Part shown: one piece after another, positions 13,600 through 23,483 of the stretch
Position numbering within the stretch: position 1 is the stretch's first letter
Layout of the letters: each line of letters starts with the position of its first letter
DNA from: an uncultured Succinivibrio sp.
GTDB lineage: Bacteria > Pseudomonadota > Gammaproteobacteria > Enterobacterales > Succinivibrionaceae
NCBI GenBank assembly: GCA_900767695.1
Contig: CAAGAC010000030.1
Coordinates: 48,728 to 112,727 of the forward strand
DNA: 64,000 nucleotides
Direction of reading: 5' to 3'
Translations under genes and position numbers: made by a program
Notes under the pieces: model-generated
Told to the model about the DNA's origin: nothing
Seen by the model: only the letters and a program-made list of their open reading frames with translations
Databases searched by the model: none

Positions 13600-15108
13600 T
13601 CAGGCAAGACGTTTGCGCTGGGAGGAGGAGGCGATTCCCAAAACGTCACGGTACTTGGCGACGGTGCGCCTGGCGACCTGGAAGCCCTCCTTGGAGAGGA
13701 TCTCGGCTATCTTGCTGTCCGAGAGCGGCTTGACCGGGTTCTCCGATCCCACCAGCTCCTTGATCCTCGCGCGGATCGCGGTCGAGGAGACGGCGTCGCC
13801 GCTCTCCGAGCTCAGACTCGACGAGAAGAAGTACTTGAGCTCGTAGGTGCCGCGCGGGGTGGACATGTACTTGCCGGTGGTGATCCTCGAGACCGTGGAC
13901 TCGGAGAGGCCGACCTTGTCGGCGACGTCGTTGAGGATCATCGGGTGCATCCCCGACTCGCCGCGGGCCATGAAGTCCTGCTGTCCCTCGACTATGGCCG
14001 AGGCGACCTTGAGCAGGGTGCTGTTGCGCTGCTCGATGCTGTTTAGCAGCGATCTCGCGTCCTGCTCGCAGTTCTTGAAGAAGGCGCGGTCTCGCTCGCT
14101 GGTGACCTTGGCCGCCATCTCCATGATCTTCTTGTCAAAGCGCACTCTCGGGAGCACGCCGTCGATAAGCTGGGCGACGTACAAGCCGCCTTCCCTCACC
14201 ACCCTGACCTCGGGGATGATGAAGTCGTCCTTCTCGCGGCTCGAGTAGATCCAGGGGCGGGGGTTCAGCGACTGGATGAGCAGGACCGCCTCCTTGAGCT
14301 GCGGCTCCTTCACGTGAAGCTTCGAGCACAGCGTGCGGAAGTCCCTCACCGAGAGCTCGCGCAGGTAGGAGGAGACGATGCGCAGCGCGTTGTCGCGCGC
14401 AGGCGACGGATCCCTGGCCTCAAGCTGGATCTGCAGGCACTCCTGCACCGAGCGCGAGCCAACGGCCAGCGGATCGTAGTGCTGGACGAGCTTGAGCACG
14501 CTCAGGACATCGTCCTCGGTGATCCCGGAGAATGCGGCTCCGGCGGCCGTGGCGATGTCGGAGAGCGGCTCCTTGAGGTATCCCGAGTCGTCGATGCCGT
14601 CGATGATCGCCTCGGCGATCGCGCGGTCGCGGCCCTTGAGCGGGGAGAGGTTGAGCTGCCACATCAGGTGGTCGCGCAGGCTCTCGGTGGTGTGGCCCTC
14701 GTAGGGGGCGTCGGTCACCGGGCCGCGGGAGGCGCGCGTGCCGGCGGAGGGGCTGTCGGTGTCGTGCATGCCCTCGGAGGATCCCTGCTTTTGCGAGTCC
14801 GAGGAGAAGTTCATCAGCGGGGTGCTGTCGCTCAGGTCCGAGGAGACCTGCTGGGCCTTGACCGACGAGTCGTCGTCGAAGGGGTTGAAGCCGCCGCCGT
14901 CGTCGTCCTGCGTATCAAGCGGCTGGGCGGCCGAGCCCTCGTCGCTCACCTTGAGCAGCGGGTTCATCTCAGCCTTCTGCTCTATCTCCTGGGCAAGCTC
15001 GAGCGTGGGGAGGTGCAGCAGCTTTATCGCCTGCTGCATCTGCGGGGTCATGACAAGGCGCTGGCTCTGGTTCTGGACCAGTTGCATCGAGTTGTTGAAT
15101 CCCGCCAT
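13600..15108 (-). CDS. rpoN: RNA polymerase sigma-54 factor
   Basis: MTPQMQQAIKLL, SESTVSR HTH, ELKYFF, RpoN box ARRTVAKYR. Confidence 0.98.
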   Translation of the reverse strand: MAGFNNSMQLVQNQSQRLVMTPQMQQAIKLLHLPTLELAQEIEQKAEMNPLLKVSDEGSAAQPLDTQDDDGGGFNPFDDDSSVKAQQVSSDLSDSTPLMNFSSDSQKQGSSEGMHDTDSPSAGTRASRGPVTDAPYEGHTTESLRDHLMWQLNLSPLKGRDRAIAEAIIDGIDDSGYLKEPLSDIATAAGAAFSGITEDDVLSVLKLVQHYDPLAVGSRSVQECLQIQLEARDPSPARDNALRIVSSYLRELSVRDFRTLCSKLHVKEPQLKEAVLLIQSLNPRPWIYSSREKDDFIIPEVRVVREGGLYVAQLIDGVLPRVRFDKKIMEMAAKVTSERDRAFFKNCEQDARSLLNSIEQRNSTLLKVASAIVEGQQDFMARGESGMHPMILNDVADKVGLSESTVSRITTGKYMSTPRGTYELKYFFSSSLSSESGDAVSSTAIRARIKELVGSENPVKPLSDSKIAEILSKEGFQVARRTVAKYRDVLGIASSSQRKRLA

Positions 15109-15134
15109 TGCTCCTCCTGCCGCTTCATTCCGCC

Positions 15135-15860
15135 TCAGATGGTGAAGTCGTGCCCCAGGTACACGTCCTTCACCTGATCGTTCCTCTGCACCTCCTCTGG
15201 GGTGCCCTGCGCGATTAGCTCGCCGTTGCTGACGATGTAGGCGCGCTCGCAGACCCCGAGGGTCTCCCTCACGTTGTGGTCGGTGATGAGGATCCCGATC
15301 CCGCGCTCCTTGAGGTGGGTGATGATGTTCTTGATCTCCGACACCGAGATCGGGTCGACGCCGGCGAAGGGCTCGTCGAGCAGGATGAACTTGGGCTCGG
15401 CGGCCAGGGCGCGCGCGATCTCGACGCGGCGGCGCTCGCCGCCCGAGAGGGACATGCCCAGGTTGTCGCGCAGCGGCGCGACGTTGAACTCCTCGAGCAG
15501 GCGGTTGACCTTCTCGATGCGCTCCTGGCGCGAAAGCCCGTGACGGAGCTCCATGACTCCCATCAGGTTCTGCCAGACGGTGAGCTTCCTGAAGATCGAG
15601 TTCTCCTGCGGCAGGTAGCCGATGCCAGCTCTGGCGCGCATGTGCATGGGCAGCGAGGTTATGTCCTTTCCGTCGAGCAGGATCTGCCCTCCCTCCGACG
15701 AGATGATCCCGACGATCATGTAGAACGAGGTGGTCTTGCCCGCGCCGTTGGGTCCGAGCAGGCCGACTATGGAGCTGCTCTGGACGCTGATGCTCACGTC
15801 CTTGACCACGGTGCGGTTGCGGTAGGTCTTCTTGAGGTGGATGGCGCTAAGCTCGCTCAT
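15135..15860 (-). CDS. lptB: LPS export ABC transporter ATPase
   Basis: [41 protein letters not shown]. Start at ATG 15860 overlaps the lptA stop. Confidence 0.97.
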   Translation of the reverse strand: MSELSAIHLKKTYRNRTVVKDVSISVQSSSIVGLLGPNGAGKTTSFYMIVGIISSEGGQILLDGKDITSLPMHMRARAGIGYLPQENSIFRKLTVWQNLMGVMELRHGLSRQERIEKVNRLLEEFNVAPLRDNLGMSLSGGERRRVEIARALAAEPKFILLDEPFAGVDPISVSEIKNIITHLKERGIGILITDHNVRETLGVCERAYIVSNGELIAQGTPEEVQRNDQVKDVYLGHDFTI

Positions 15861-16411
15861 TTGGCCGCCCCGCCCTTCTTGCCGCCGTCGTCGGACTTCA
15901 TCTCCTGCGGGATGAAGGTGCTGTGCACCCTGCCGTCCTCGCTGTTGGTGTTGTTGGCCTTCATCTTCTGGGTGTTGAAGTTGTACTCGATGTGGTTGCC
16001 AGAGACGTGCGACTCGCCCTGCCACACGGTGGCGTTGCCAGTGAGAACAATGTCGCCAGTCTGGGGGTAGTAGTTGAGCACGGCCGACTCGGATCTCAGG
16101 ATCTTGCCGTTGTCGAGCAGCTGCTTGAACTTGACCGGCTTGCCCCAGGAGTTGACCTCCTTGACCTCGTTCTTCTCGTCACGGACGATCTCGGCCTTGT
16201 CGGCGAAGACCTCGATGGAGCCCTGGGTGGCGTGCACGCGGTCGATGAAGTAGAGCTTGTTGGCCTCCAAGTCGGCAAGCTGCTGCACCGACTCGACGTT
16301 GAGTGGCTTGTCGGTGTCGTCCTTGAGCGCGAAGGCCGTGCCGGGCAGGACGAGCATGGCGAGGCTAGTTGCTGCCGCCGCCAGTGCTGTTGTAGTACGT
16401 AGAGTGGACAT
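15857..16411 (-). CDS. lptA: LPS transport periplasmic protein LptA
   Basis: Signal peptide then [22 protein letters not shown] motifs; synteny. Confidence 0.93.
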   Translation of the reverse strand: MSTLRTTTALAAAATSLAMLVLPGTAFALKDDTDKPLNVESVQQLADLEANKLYFIDRVHATQGSIEVFADKAEIVRDEKNEVKEVNSWGKPVKFKQLLDNGKILRSESAVLNYYPQTGDIVLTGNATVWQGESHVSGNHIEYNFNTQKMKANNTNSEDGRVHSTFIPQEMKSDDGGKKGGAAK

Positions 16412-16949
16412 TGTCGCTGAATCTCATGATGTTTTTATTGCTGTCGTACGAGAACCCGGTGCCTGAGTCAACCCATCCCTCCCCGTAGATGGTGGTCGGA
16501 TCGGGGCTTGTGATTAAACCGGTCTTGGGGTCGTAGTGCAGGCTCTGCGTCTCGAACCTGCGCACCTGGCTGCCCTCGTGCTCGGGCACTCCGACCACGT
16601 CGCCCTTCATGTCGACGAAGTCGCCGTCGCGGGCCTGGCCCTCCCTGGAGCTTACCGCCCAGATCTCGTCCTTTCCCTGCAAGCTGGTGCGGTAGGAGTG
16701 CACCACGGGGTTTTCAAAGCTGTAGAGCTTGGCCTTCTCGTGGTACACCGCCACGTCGGCCTTGAGCGCGCGGTAGCGCCTTCCGTCAGGCGAGTAGAGC
16801 ATGCCCGAGAAGCCGTGCGAGGTGTAGGTGCCCTTGTCCGGCAGGGCCTGCTGCTCCTTGGTCGAGAGCAGGCCGCTGTAGAGGTACAGCAACAGCGCCG
16901 CCGCCGCGAACAGCAGCATGAAGAGGTAGTTCTTGAAGTAGGAGGTCAT
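16365..16949 (-). CDS. lptC: LPS export protein LptC
   Basis: N-terminal TM anchor followed by a beta-rich domain; lies between kdsC and lptA. Confidence 0.85.
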   Translation of the reverse strand: MTSYFKNYLFMLLFAAAALLLYLYSGLLSTKEQQALPDKGTYTSHGFSGMLYSPDGRRYRALKADVAVYHEKAKLYSFENPVVHSYRTSLQGKDEIWAVSSREGQARDGDFVDMKGDVVGVPEHEGSQVRRFETQSLHYDPKTGLITSPDPTTIYGEGWVDSGTGFSYDSNKNIMRFSDNVHSTYYNSTGGGSN

Positions 16950-17512
16950 TTCAGGAGCCTGCCGGAGAGATCCATGGCGCCCTTGGCCATCATGATGAGA
17001 TCGCAGATCTCGCGCACCGCCCCGCGGCCGCCCGCCATGTGCATGGGCAGGTCGACGTAGCGCAGGATGTAGGGGTGCGCGTCTGAGGGGCAGGCGGAGA
17101 TCCCGGCGCGGCTGAACATCGGGAGATCGTTCAGGTCATCGCCGATGGCGGCGCTCTCCCCGACCGAAATCCCGAGCTTCTCCTGAAGCGCCGCCGCGGC
17201 CTCGTTCTTGCGGCCCTGGCCCTGGATCACGTGCTCTATCCTGCACTCGGCGCAGCGGCGCTCGGTGAGGCGCGCCTCCCTGCCCGTGATCACGGCGCAG
17301 ACGCAGTCGGTGGTCCTCTGCATCTGGACTATCCCCAGGCCGTCCTTCGTGTGGAACCTCTTGAACTCGCCATCGCCGTTGTCGAGGTAGACCCCGCCGT
17401 CGGTGAGGGTGCCGTCGACGTCGAGCATCAGCAGGCGGATCTTCGAGAGGCGCTCGAGCATCTCGGGCTTGAGCGGTCCGTAGATAGTCTCGATGTGTTT
17501 TTCGCTTGCCAT
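16946..17512 (-). CDS. kdsC: KDO 8-phosphate phosphatase
   Basis: LDVDGTLTDG HAD motif, ITGR, GDDLND, GGRGAVREICD. ATG 17512 with GGAGG RBS. Confidence 0.95.
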   Translation of the reverse strand: MASEKHIETIYGPLKPEMLERLSKIRLLMLDVDGTLTDGGVYLDNGDGEFKRFHTKDGLGIVQMQRTTDCVCAVITGREARLTERRCAECRIEHVIQGQGRKNEAAAALQEKLGISVGESAAIGDDLNDLPMFSRAGISACPSDAHPYILRYVDLPMHMAGGRGAVREICDLIMMAKGAMDLSGRLLK

Positions 17513-17675
17513 CTGCTGATGCTCCTCCGCCGCCCGGGGAGCTGGCTTTACAGCCAAGTGCCGCCGGGGCGATCTGCCAAAATTCGATTTACACGGTAAA
17601 CTATGCCTGATTATAGCAATTTAAGCGCGCGCCCATGCCGGCATGGGCGCCGGACCGTTTAGCGGAGCTAAAGAG

Positions 17676-18476
17676 ATGCCTAAAGACGGCGGAAGCATAG
17701 TGCAGATCCGCGACCTGTCCTTCTCCTACTCGGGGAAGCAGATCTACAAGGGGCTGACCGTTGATTTCCCCCGCGGCAAGATCACCGCGGTGTTGGGCCC
17801 GTCGGGCACCGGCAAGACCACGGTGCTCAGGCTCATCGGGGCGCAGCTGCGCCCCGACAAGGGAACCGTGCTCTTCGACGGGACCGACATGAACTCGCTC
17901 TCGCGCCGCCAGCTCTATTCCATCCGCAAGAAGATGAGCATGCTCTTCCAGAGCGGCGCGCTCTTCCAGGACATGACGGTGTTCGAGAACACCGCCTTTC
18001 CGCTCGAGGTGCACACCAGGCTGCCAAAGGAGATCATTCGCGACATCGTGATGATGAAGCTCCAGGCAGTGGGCATGCGCGGGGCGGCGGATCTGTATCC
18101 TGCGGAGCTCTCGGGCGGCATGGCCCGCCGCGCCGCGCTGGCCCGCTCCATCGCGCTCGACCCCGAGCTCATCATGTACGACGAGCCCTTCGTCGGGCAG
18201 GACCCGATCACCAAGGGCGTGCTGGTCGAGCTCATCGCCGACCTCAACGCCTCGCTGGGACTGACCTCCATCGTGGTCACCCACGACGTCAGGGAGATCA
18301 TGGGCGTTGCCGACTACGTGGTGATCCTCGCCGAGGGCGCGGTGCTCGGGCAGGGAGCGCCCGACGAGATCCGCAACAGCGCCGATCCGCGCATCGTGCA
18401 GTTCATAAACGGCGACTACGACGGCCCGTACGCCTTCCACCTGAAGGGCGGCGGCGACTACCTTGAGGAGCTGTGA
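17676..18476 (+). CDS. mlaF: Phospholipid ABC transporter ATPase MlaF
   Basis: [41 protein letters not shown]. Confidence 0.97.
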   Translation: MPKDGGSIVQIRDLSFSYSGKQIYKGLTVDFPRGKITAVLGPSGTGKTTVLRLIGAQLRPDKGTVLFDGTDMNSLSRRQLYSIRKKMSMLFQSGALFQDMTVFENTAFPLEVHTRLPKEIIRDIVMMKLQAVGMRGAADLYPAELSGGMARRAALARSIALDPELIMYDEPFVGQDPITKGVLVELIADLNASLGLTSIVVTHDVREIMGVADYVVILAEGAVLGQGAPDEIRNSADPRIVQFINGDYDGPYAFHLKGGGDYLEEL

Positions 18477-19249
18477 TGGCTGATTTCCTTGGTTTTCTTG
18501 GCAGGTACTTCCTCAAGAGGGTCGCGGCCCTCGGCAGGTCGTTCCTGATGATGGCCAGCGCGCTTGCGGCCAGGCCCGACTTCAAGCGCCACTCGATCCT
18601 GCTGGTGCGCGAGATCTACTTCATCGGCGTGCAGTCGGTGATCATCATCATCGTCTCCGGGCTGTTCATCGGCATGGTGCTGGGCCTCCAGGGCTTCAAC
18701 ATCCTCAAGGACTTCATGGCGACCGGATCGCTGGGCACCCTCGTGGCGCTGGCGATCATCAGGGAGCTGGGTCCGGTGGTCGCCGCGCTGCTCTACGCCG
18801 GGCGCGCCGGCTCGGCGCTCACGGCCGAGATTGGCCAGCTCAAGGCCTCCGAGCAGCTCTCGGCCATGGAGATGATGGCCGTCGATCCGCTGCACCGCGT
18901 CATCGCCCCGAGGTTCTGGGCCGGCGTCATCAGCCTGCCGATCCTCTCGCTCCTGTTCACGCTCGTGGGGATCTACGGCGGAAAGCTCGTCGGCGTCGAC
19001 TGGCTCGGCCTCGACGACGGGATTTTCTGGTCGGCCATGCAGGGCAGCGTCGACCTGCTCGACGATCTGGTGCCGATGGTGATCAAGTCGGTGGTGTTCG
19101 CCATCGTCTGCACCTGGATCGCGCTTTTCAACGGCTATGACTGCCGCCCCACTTCCGCCGGCATCAGCGCCGCGACCACGGCCACCGTGGTCCAGTCGTC
19201 GCTTGCCGTGCTGGGGCTTGATTTCGTTCTCACCGCATTGATGTTCTGA
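18476..19249 (+). CDS. mlaE: Lipid asymmetry ABC permease MlaE
   Basis: [33 protein letters not shown]. Confidence 0.97.
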   Translation: MADFLGFLGRYFLKRVAALGRSFLMMASALAARPDFKRHSILLVREIYFIGVQSVIIIIVSGLFIGMVLGLQGFNILKDFMATGSLGTLVALAIIRELGPVVAALLYAGRAGSALTAEIGQLKASEQLSAMEMMAVDPLHRVIAPRFWAGVISLPILSLLFTLVGIYGGKLVGVDWLGLDDGIFWSAMQGSVDLLDDLVPMVIKSVVFAIVCTWIALFNGYDCRPTSAGISAATTATVVQSSLAVLGLDFVLTALMF

Positions 19250-19257
19250 GAGGGTTT

Positions 19258-19770
19258 ATGAAGTATCTGAAGACTGAAATAACTGTCGGGCTGTTCGTCC
19301 TGGCGGGCATCATCGCGGCGGTGGTCCTATCGCTCAAGGTCGCGGGCCTCGTGCTCAACAGCGACTCGGACGTCTACACGCTCCACGCCAAGTTCGACAA
19401 CATCGGCTCGCTCAAGCTGCGCGCCCCCGTGAAGATCGGCGGCGTGCTCGTCGGCCGCGTGAGCGCCATCAGGCTCGATCCCAAGAGCATGACACCGATC
19501 GTGGACATGGAGATACAGTCCTCGTGCGACAAGCTCTCAAGCGAGTCGCGCGCGTCCATCCAGACTGCCGGCATCATCGGCGAGCAGTACATCTCCATCA
19601 CCCCGGGCTTCTACGACGAGGACGCGGGGACCACCTATCTGAAGAACGGAGACTACTTCGAGGACACCGGCTCGGCGCTGGTGCTTGAAGACCTCATCGG
19701 CAAGTTCCTCTACAGCGCCGGATCCTCATCGTCAAAGGACGGTGACAAGGGCGCTGGAGAGGCCAAGTAA
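19258..19770 (+). CDS. mlaD: MCE-domain protein MlaD
   Basis: TM anchor, FDNIGSLK.RAPVKIGGV.VGRV, GIIGEQYI. Confidence 0.97.
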   Translation: MKYLKTEITVGLFVLAGIIAAVVLSLKVAGLVLNSDSDVYTLHAKFDNIGSLKLRAPVKIGGVLVGRVSAIRLDPKSMTPIVDMEIQSSCDKLSSESRASIQTAGIIGEQYISITPGFYDEDAGTTYLKNGDYFEDTGSALVLEDLIGKFLYSAGSSSSKDGDKGAGEAK

Positions 19771-19789
19771 TCTAAGGAGGGGCGCCCCC

Positions 19790-20419
19790 ATGGGCGCTTT
19801 TATCACCATGAAGAATTTCATCGCAGGAATCATGCTGGCCGCCGCGGCGGCCCTCTTCTCCGCGCAGTCATATGCCGCGGACAACCCGTACGAGGTTGCG
19901 AACTCGGTCGCCGCCAAGACCTTCGACGATCTCAAGGCCAACAAGGACAGGCTCACCGATCCGTCGGTGGTCAACGGCATCATCAGCAGCGATCTCATGC
20001 CGTACGTCGACATCGGCTACGCGGCCTACAAGGTCATCGGCACCTCGCTCAAGGACACCACCAAGGACGAGCGCGACCAGTTCGTCGCCGCCTTCGGTGA
20101 CTACCTGACCCGCTCGATGTCGAGCGCCATCGGCAAGTACACCAACCAGGAGCTCGTCCCAAGCCCGGTCTCCCAGGTCTCCGACTCGGACAAGATAGTC
20201 CCGGTCAAGTTCACCGTGAAGACCCCGGGCCAGGCCGACACCTCCTTCATCATCAAGATGCGCAAGAACACCAAGACCGGCCAGTGGAAGGCCTTCGACG
20301 TCATCGCCGAGAACGTCTCGATCCTCGACTCCAAGCAGGCCGAGCTCTCGCCGATCATCAAGTCCAAGGGGATCAAGGCCGCGATCGCCGCGCTCGAAGA
20401 GAACAAGGCGGGCAAGTGA
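19790..20419 (+). CDS. mlaC: Periplasmic phospholipid shuttle MlaC
   Basis: Signal peptide, LMPYVD, WKAFDVIAENVS. AGGAGG RBS before ATG 19790 (alternative start 19808). Confidence 0.9.
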   Translation: MGAFITMKNFIAGIMLAAAAALFSAQSYAADNPYEVANSVAAKTFDDLKANKDRLTDPSVVNGIISSDLMPYVDIGYAAYKVIGTSLKDTTKDERDQFVAAFGDYLTRSMSSAIGKYTNQELVPSPVSQVSDSDKIVPVKFTVKTPGQADTSFIIKMRKNTKTGQWKAFDVIAENVSILDSKQAELSPIIKSKGIKAAIAALEENKAGK

Positions 20420-20667
20420 CGGTGCGCCATTTCGACAAGCTCACGGTCAATACCGTGCCGGAGCTTTGGAAGCAGCGCTCCGGGATCTTCAGCGGGGAGG
20501 GCGCCGATCTGTCCGGCGCCGAGGTCGACTCGGCCGGCATCGCCTTCCTCGTGCGCTGGGCCAAGAGCCGCGGCGGCAGGCTCAGGCTTGCAGGCTGCAG
20601 CCCCGACGTGCTCAAGCTGATCTCGGTGTTCGAGCTCAAGCCGTTGTTTGAAGAGGCGGAGGCGTGA
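20416..20667 (+). CDS. mlaB: STAS-domain protein MlaB
   Basis: DLSG..VDSAGIAFL STAS motif; GTG start overlaps the mlaC stop. Confidence 0.85.
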   Translation: MTVRHFDKLTVNTVPELWKQRSGIFSGEGADLSGAEVDSAGIAFLVRWAKSRGGRLRLAGCSPDVLKLISVFELKPLFEEAEA

Positions 20668-21269
20668 TGAGCGATCAGATCCAGCATTTCGAGGACTTCG
20701 ACGAGGAGCCCGACGAGGAGAGCCGCAGCGCGCGCAAGCGCGACGCGCAGAAGATCAGGCGCGACATCGAGGATGTCGCGAACCTGGGCGATCAGGCCTT
20801 CAAGGCCATCAGGCTCGAGCCCGAGGTGCGCAGGGCCATCGAGCAGGCGCGCGCAATGAGGCCGCGCAGCGACGAGCGCCGCCGCCAGCTCCAGTACGCG
20901 GCAAGGCTCCAGAGGGCCGTCGAGGTCCAGGATCTCGGCGATCAGATAGCCTCCCTCGGATCGTCCTCCAAGGAGGATCCGGACGTCATGCGCTTTGAGA
21001 AGCTCCGCGCTGAGCTCATCACGCAGGGCGTGGCCGCGGTCAACGCGCTGTGCGGCCTCTGCCCCGAGCTTGACCGCAAGAAGCTGATGTCGCTCGTGCG
21101 CAAGGCCAAGGAGGAGGCGAGGGCCGAGGAGGAGGCCGGCGGCGCCGGCGCCATCGGCGGCAAGGCCCCCAAGCCCGGCCAGCGCAAGCTCTACCGCTAC
21201 ATCAAGGACGAGATCCGCAGGGCGGGCATTCCGGTGCCGGACACCCTTGTGCAGAAAGCACCTGTCTAA
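20667..21269 (+). CDS. yjgA: Ribosome-associated protein YjgA/DarP (DUF615)
   Basis: SRSARKRD, RRRQLQY, DRKKL.SLVRKA.EE, RKLYRYI motifs. Confidence 0.85.
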   Translation: MSDQIQHFEDFDEEPDEESRSARKRDAQKIRRDIEDVANLGDQAFKAIRLEPEVRRAIEQARAMRPRSDERRRQLQYAARLQRAVEVQDLGDQIASLGSSSKEDPDVMRFEKLRAELITQGVAAVNALCGLCPELDRKKLMSLVRKAKEEARAEEEAGGAGAIGGKAPKPGQRKLYRYIKDEIRRAGIPVPDTLVQKAPV

Positions 21270-21291
21270 CAGCAAGTTAAGTGAACAAGGC

Positions 21292-21319
21292 AAGCGCGGG
21301 CACGTCCCGCGCTTTTTTT
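21292..21319 (+). terminator. Rho-independent terminator after yjgA
   Basis: AAGCGCGGG-CACGT-CCCGCGCTT followed by a T-tract. Confidence 0.8.
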
Positions 21320-21365
21320 GGCCCCGGAAAAGGCCACAGGCGCCCGCGCCGCGGCGCGGCGCAGT

Positions 21366-21399
21366 AAAAAGCTCCGGCTAGCAACAAGCTAGCCGGAGC
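21366..21399 (-). terminator. Rho-independent terminator after tldD
   Basis: GCTCCGGCTAGC/GCTAGCCGGAGC stem preceded by AAAAA on the + strand. Confidence 0.75.
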
Positions 21400-21425
21400 C
21401 TGCGCATCCGAAAAATCCCGGATGG

Positions 21426-22874
21426 CTATGCGCTGGCGGTGCCGCCCACGGTGATCGAGTCTATCTTCAAGGTGGGGATGCCGATGCTGACCGGCACGCT
21501 CTGGCCGGCCTTGCCGCACATCCCGATGCCGCCGTCGAACTTGAGATCGTTGCCGACCATCGAGACCTTCTTCATGACCTCGGGGCCGTTGCCGGTGAGG
21601 GTCGCGCCCTTGATGGGGGTAGTAACCCTGCCGTGCTCGATGAGGTAGGCCTCGGAGGTCGAGAACACGAAGTTGCCGTTGGTGATGTCGACCTGCCCGC
21701 CCTTGAAGTTGGTGGCGTAGATCCCGTGCTCCACGCTTGCGATGATCTCGTCGCTCCCGTACTTGCCCGGCATCATGAAGGTGTTGGTCATGCGGGGCAT
21801 CGGCAGGCAGCTGTAGCTCTCGCGTCGGCCGTTGCCGGTGGGCCTCATCCTCATGAGCATCGCGTTCTGGCGGTCCTGCATGTAGCCCCTGAGGATCCCG
21901 TTCTCGATGAGCACGTTGCGCGCCGTCGGGGTTCCCTCGTCGTCGAAGGTGAGCGATCCGCGCCTCTCGGGGATGGTGCCGTCGTCGCAGATGGTGCAGG
22001 CATCGGACGCCACCTTCTGGCCGATGAGTCCGGTGAAGGCAGAGCTGCCGGTGCGGTTGAAGTCGCCCTCAAGCCCGTGGCCCACGGCCTCGTGCACCAG
22101 CACCCCGGGCCAGCCCGCGCCCAGCACCACGGTCATCGCCCCGGCGGGGGCGGGGATGGCCTCGAGGTTCAGCGCCGCGGTGTGTACGGCCTCGCGCGCG
22201 ACGCGCCCGATGTTCTCGTCGGAGATGATCCTGCCGGGCATGAAGGCCCCGCCGCAGGCTGCGAAGCCGTCCTCGCGCCTGCCCTTGCTCTCCATCACCA
22301 CGCTCACCGAGAGGTGCACCGAGGGCTTGATGTCGCACGAGACATGCCCATCGGTGTCCATGACGATGACGGTGCGGTGGGAGCAGGAGAACGAGGCCAT
22401 GACGCGGGTGACGCGCGGATCGGCCGCGCGCGCGGCGCGGTCCACGGCCTCGAGCACGCGGATCTTCTCCTGGCGGGGGATGGCGCAGAGCGGATCGTCG
22501 CTCTGGTAGAGCGGATGGTGCGGGATCACCGAGGGAGTGACGCAGGCCTTGAAGCTGCCGCTTGCCGAGCTTATCGTGCGCGCGGTGCGGCAGGCCTCGT
22601 CGAGCGAGGCCGCGTCGAGCACGTCGCTGTAGGCAAAGCCGGTCTTGCCGCCCAGGACCGAGCGCACGCCCACGCCCTGGGAGATGTCGAAGGATCCCGA
22701 GTTGACGATCCCCTCCTCAAGCGAGAATGCCTCGCTTGCGGCCCTCTCGAAGAACAGATCGCCAAAGGCGGTCCTGCGCTCAAGCAGGATCCCAAGCGAC
22801 CTGGCAGCGCGCTCCAGGTCGAGATCCGAATCTGCGAAAAGCTTGTCCTGCGCAAGAGTGCTGATGTCTTCCAT
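21426..22874 (-). CDS. tldD: Metalloprotease subunit TldD
   Basis: GWPGVLVHEAVGHGLEGDFNR, DDEGTP, PRMTNT, CGKAGQSVPV. Confidence 0.97.
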   Translation of the reverse strand: MEDISTLAQDKLFADSDLDLERAARSLGILLERRTAFGDLFFERAASEAFSLEEGIVNSGSFDISQGVGVRSVLGGKTGFAYSDVLDAASLDEACRTARTISSASGSFKACVTPSVIPHHPLYQSDDPLCAIPRQEKIRVLEAVDRAARAADPRVTRVMASFSCSHRTVIVMDTDGHVSCDIKPSVHLSVSVVMESKGRREDGFAACGGAFMPGRIISDENIGRVAREAVHTAALNLEAIPAPAGAMTVVLGAGWPGVLVHEAVGHGLEGDFNRTGSSAFTGLIGQKVASDACTICDDGTIPERRGSLTFDDEGTPTARNVLIENGILRGYMQDRQNAMLMRMRPTGNGRRESYSCLPMPRMTNTFMMPGKYGSDEIIASVEHGIYATNFKGGQVDITNGNFVFSTSEAYLIEHGRVTTPIKGATLTGNGPEVMKKVSMVGNDLKFDGGIGMCGKAGQSVPVSIGIPTLKIDSITVGGTASA

Positions 22875-22877
22875 TCC

Positions 22878-23483
22878 TTACTTCCCGAAAACTTTAAGGC
22901 CGCAGCGGCCGAGCATGTCCGCGGCCTCACACAGCGGCAGCCCCACCACCGAGGTGTAGGAGCCCCTTATGGCGCGCACGAGGAACGCCCCGCGGCCCTG
23001 GATGGCGTAGCCCCCGGCCTTGTCGAGGCCCTCGCCGGTTTCGGCGTAGGCCCTGAGCACATGCTCGGGGAAACTGCCGAACTCGACCTCGGTCCTCACC
23101 GTCTCGCTAAGCTCCTGCCCGCCATCTCCAGGGATGACCGCGATCCCGGTGAAGACGGCGTGGGCGCGGCCGTTGAGCACCCTGAGGCATGAGATCTCGC
23201 GCTCCATGGAGATGGGCTTTCCGAATACCTCGTCGCCAAGCGCGACCACGGTGTCGCAGCCGAGCACCACGGAGCCGGGACGCCTTGCGGCGGCGATCCT
23301 CGCCTTCATGAGGGCAAGCCTTAGCGCCAGATCGCAGGGCGCCTCGCCATCGAGCCTTGCCTCGTCGGCGTCCGCGGGCAGCACCTCGAAATCCCTGCAG
23401 ATGAGCGAGAGCAGCTCGCGCCTGCGGGGCGAGCCCGAGGCCAGGACCAGCTTCAGGCTATCGCCCCTCTCAGTTATCGCCAT
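22878..23483 (-). CDS. maf: Maf/YhdE nucleoside triphosphate pyrophosphatase
   Basis: LASGSPRRRELL, DTVV, DKAGGYAIQG, VVGLP. Confidence 0.95.
   Translation of the reverse strand: MAITERGDSLKLVLASGSPRRRELLSLICRDFEVLPADADEARLDGEAPCDLALRLALMKARIAAARRPGSVVLGCDTVVALGDEVFGKPISMEREISCLRVLNGRAHAVFTGIAVIPGDGGQELSETVRTEVEFGSFPEHVLRAYAETGEGLDKAGGYAIQGRGAFLVRAIRGSYTSVVGLPLCEAADMLGRCGLKVFGK

Noticed and set aside
16365..16411. 47-nt lptC/lptA overlap (and the 28-nt mutM/coaD convergent overlap)
   Set aside because: lptC-lptA overlap also occurs in other Gammaproteobacteria, and short tail overlaps are ordinary in compact genomes.
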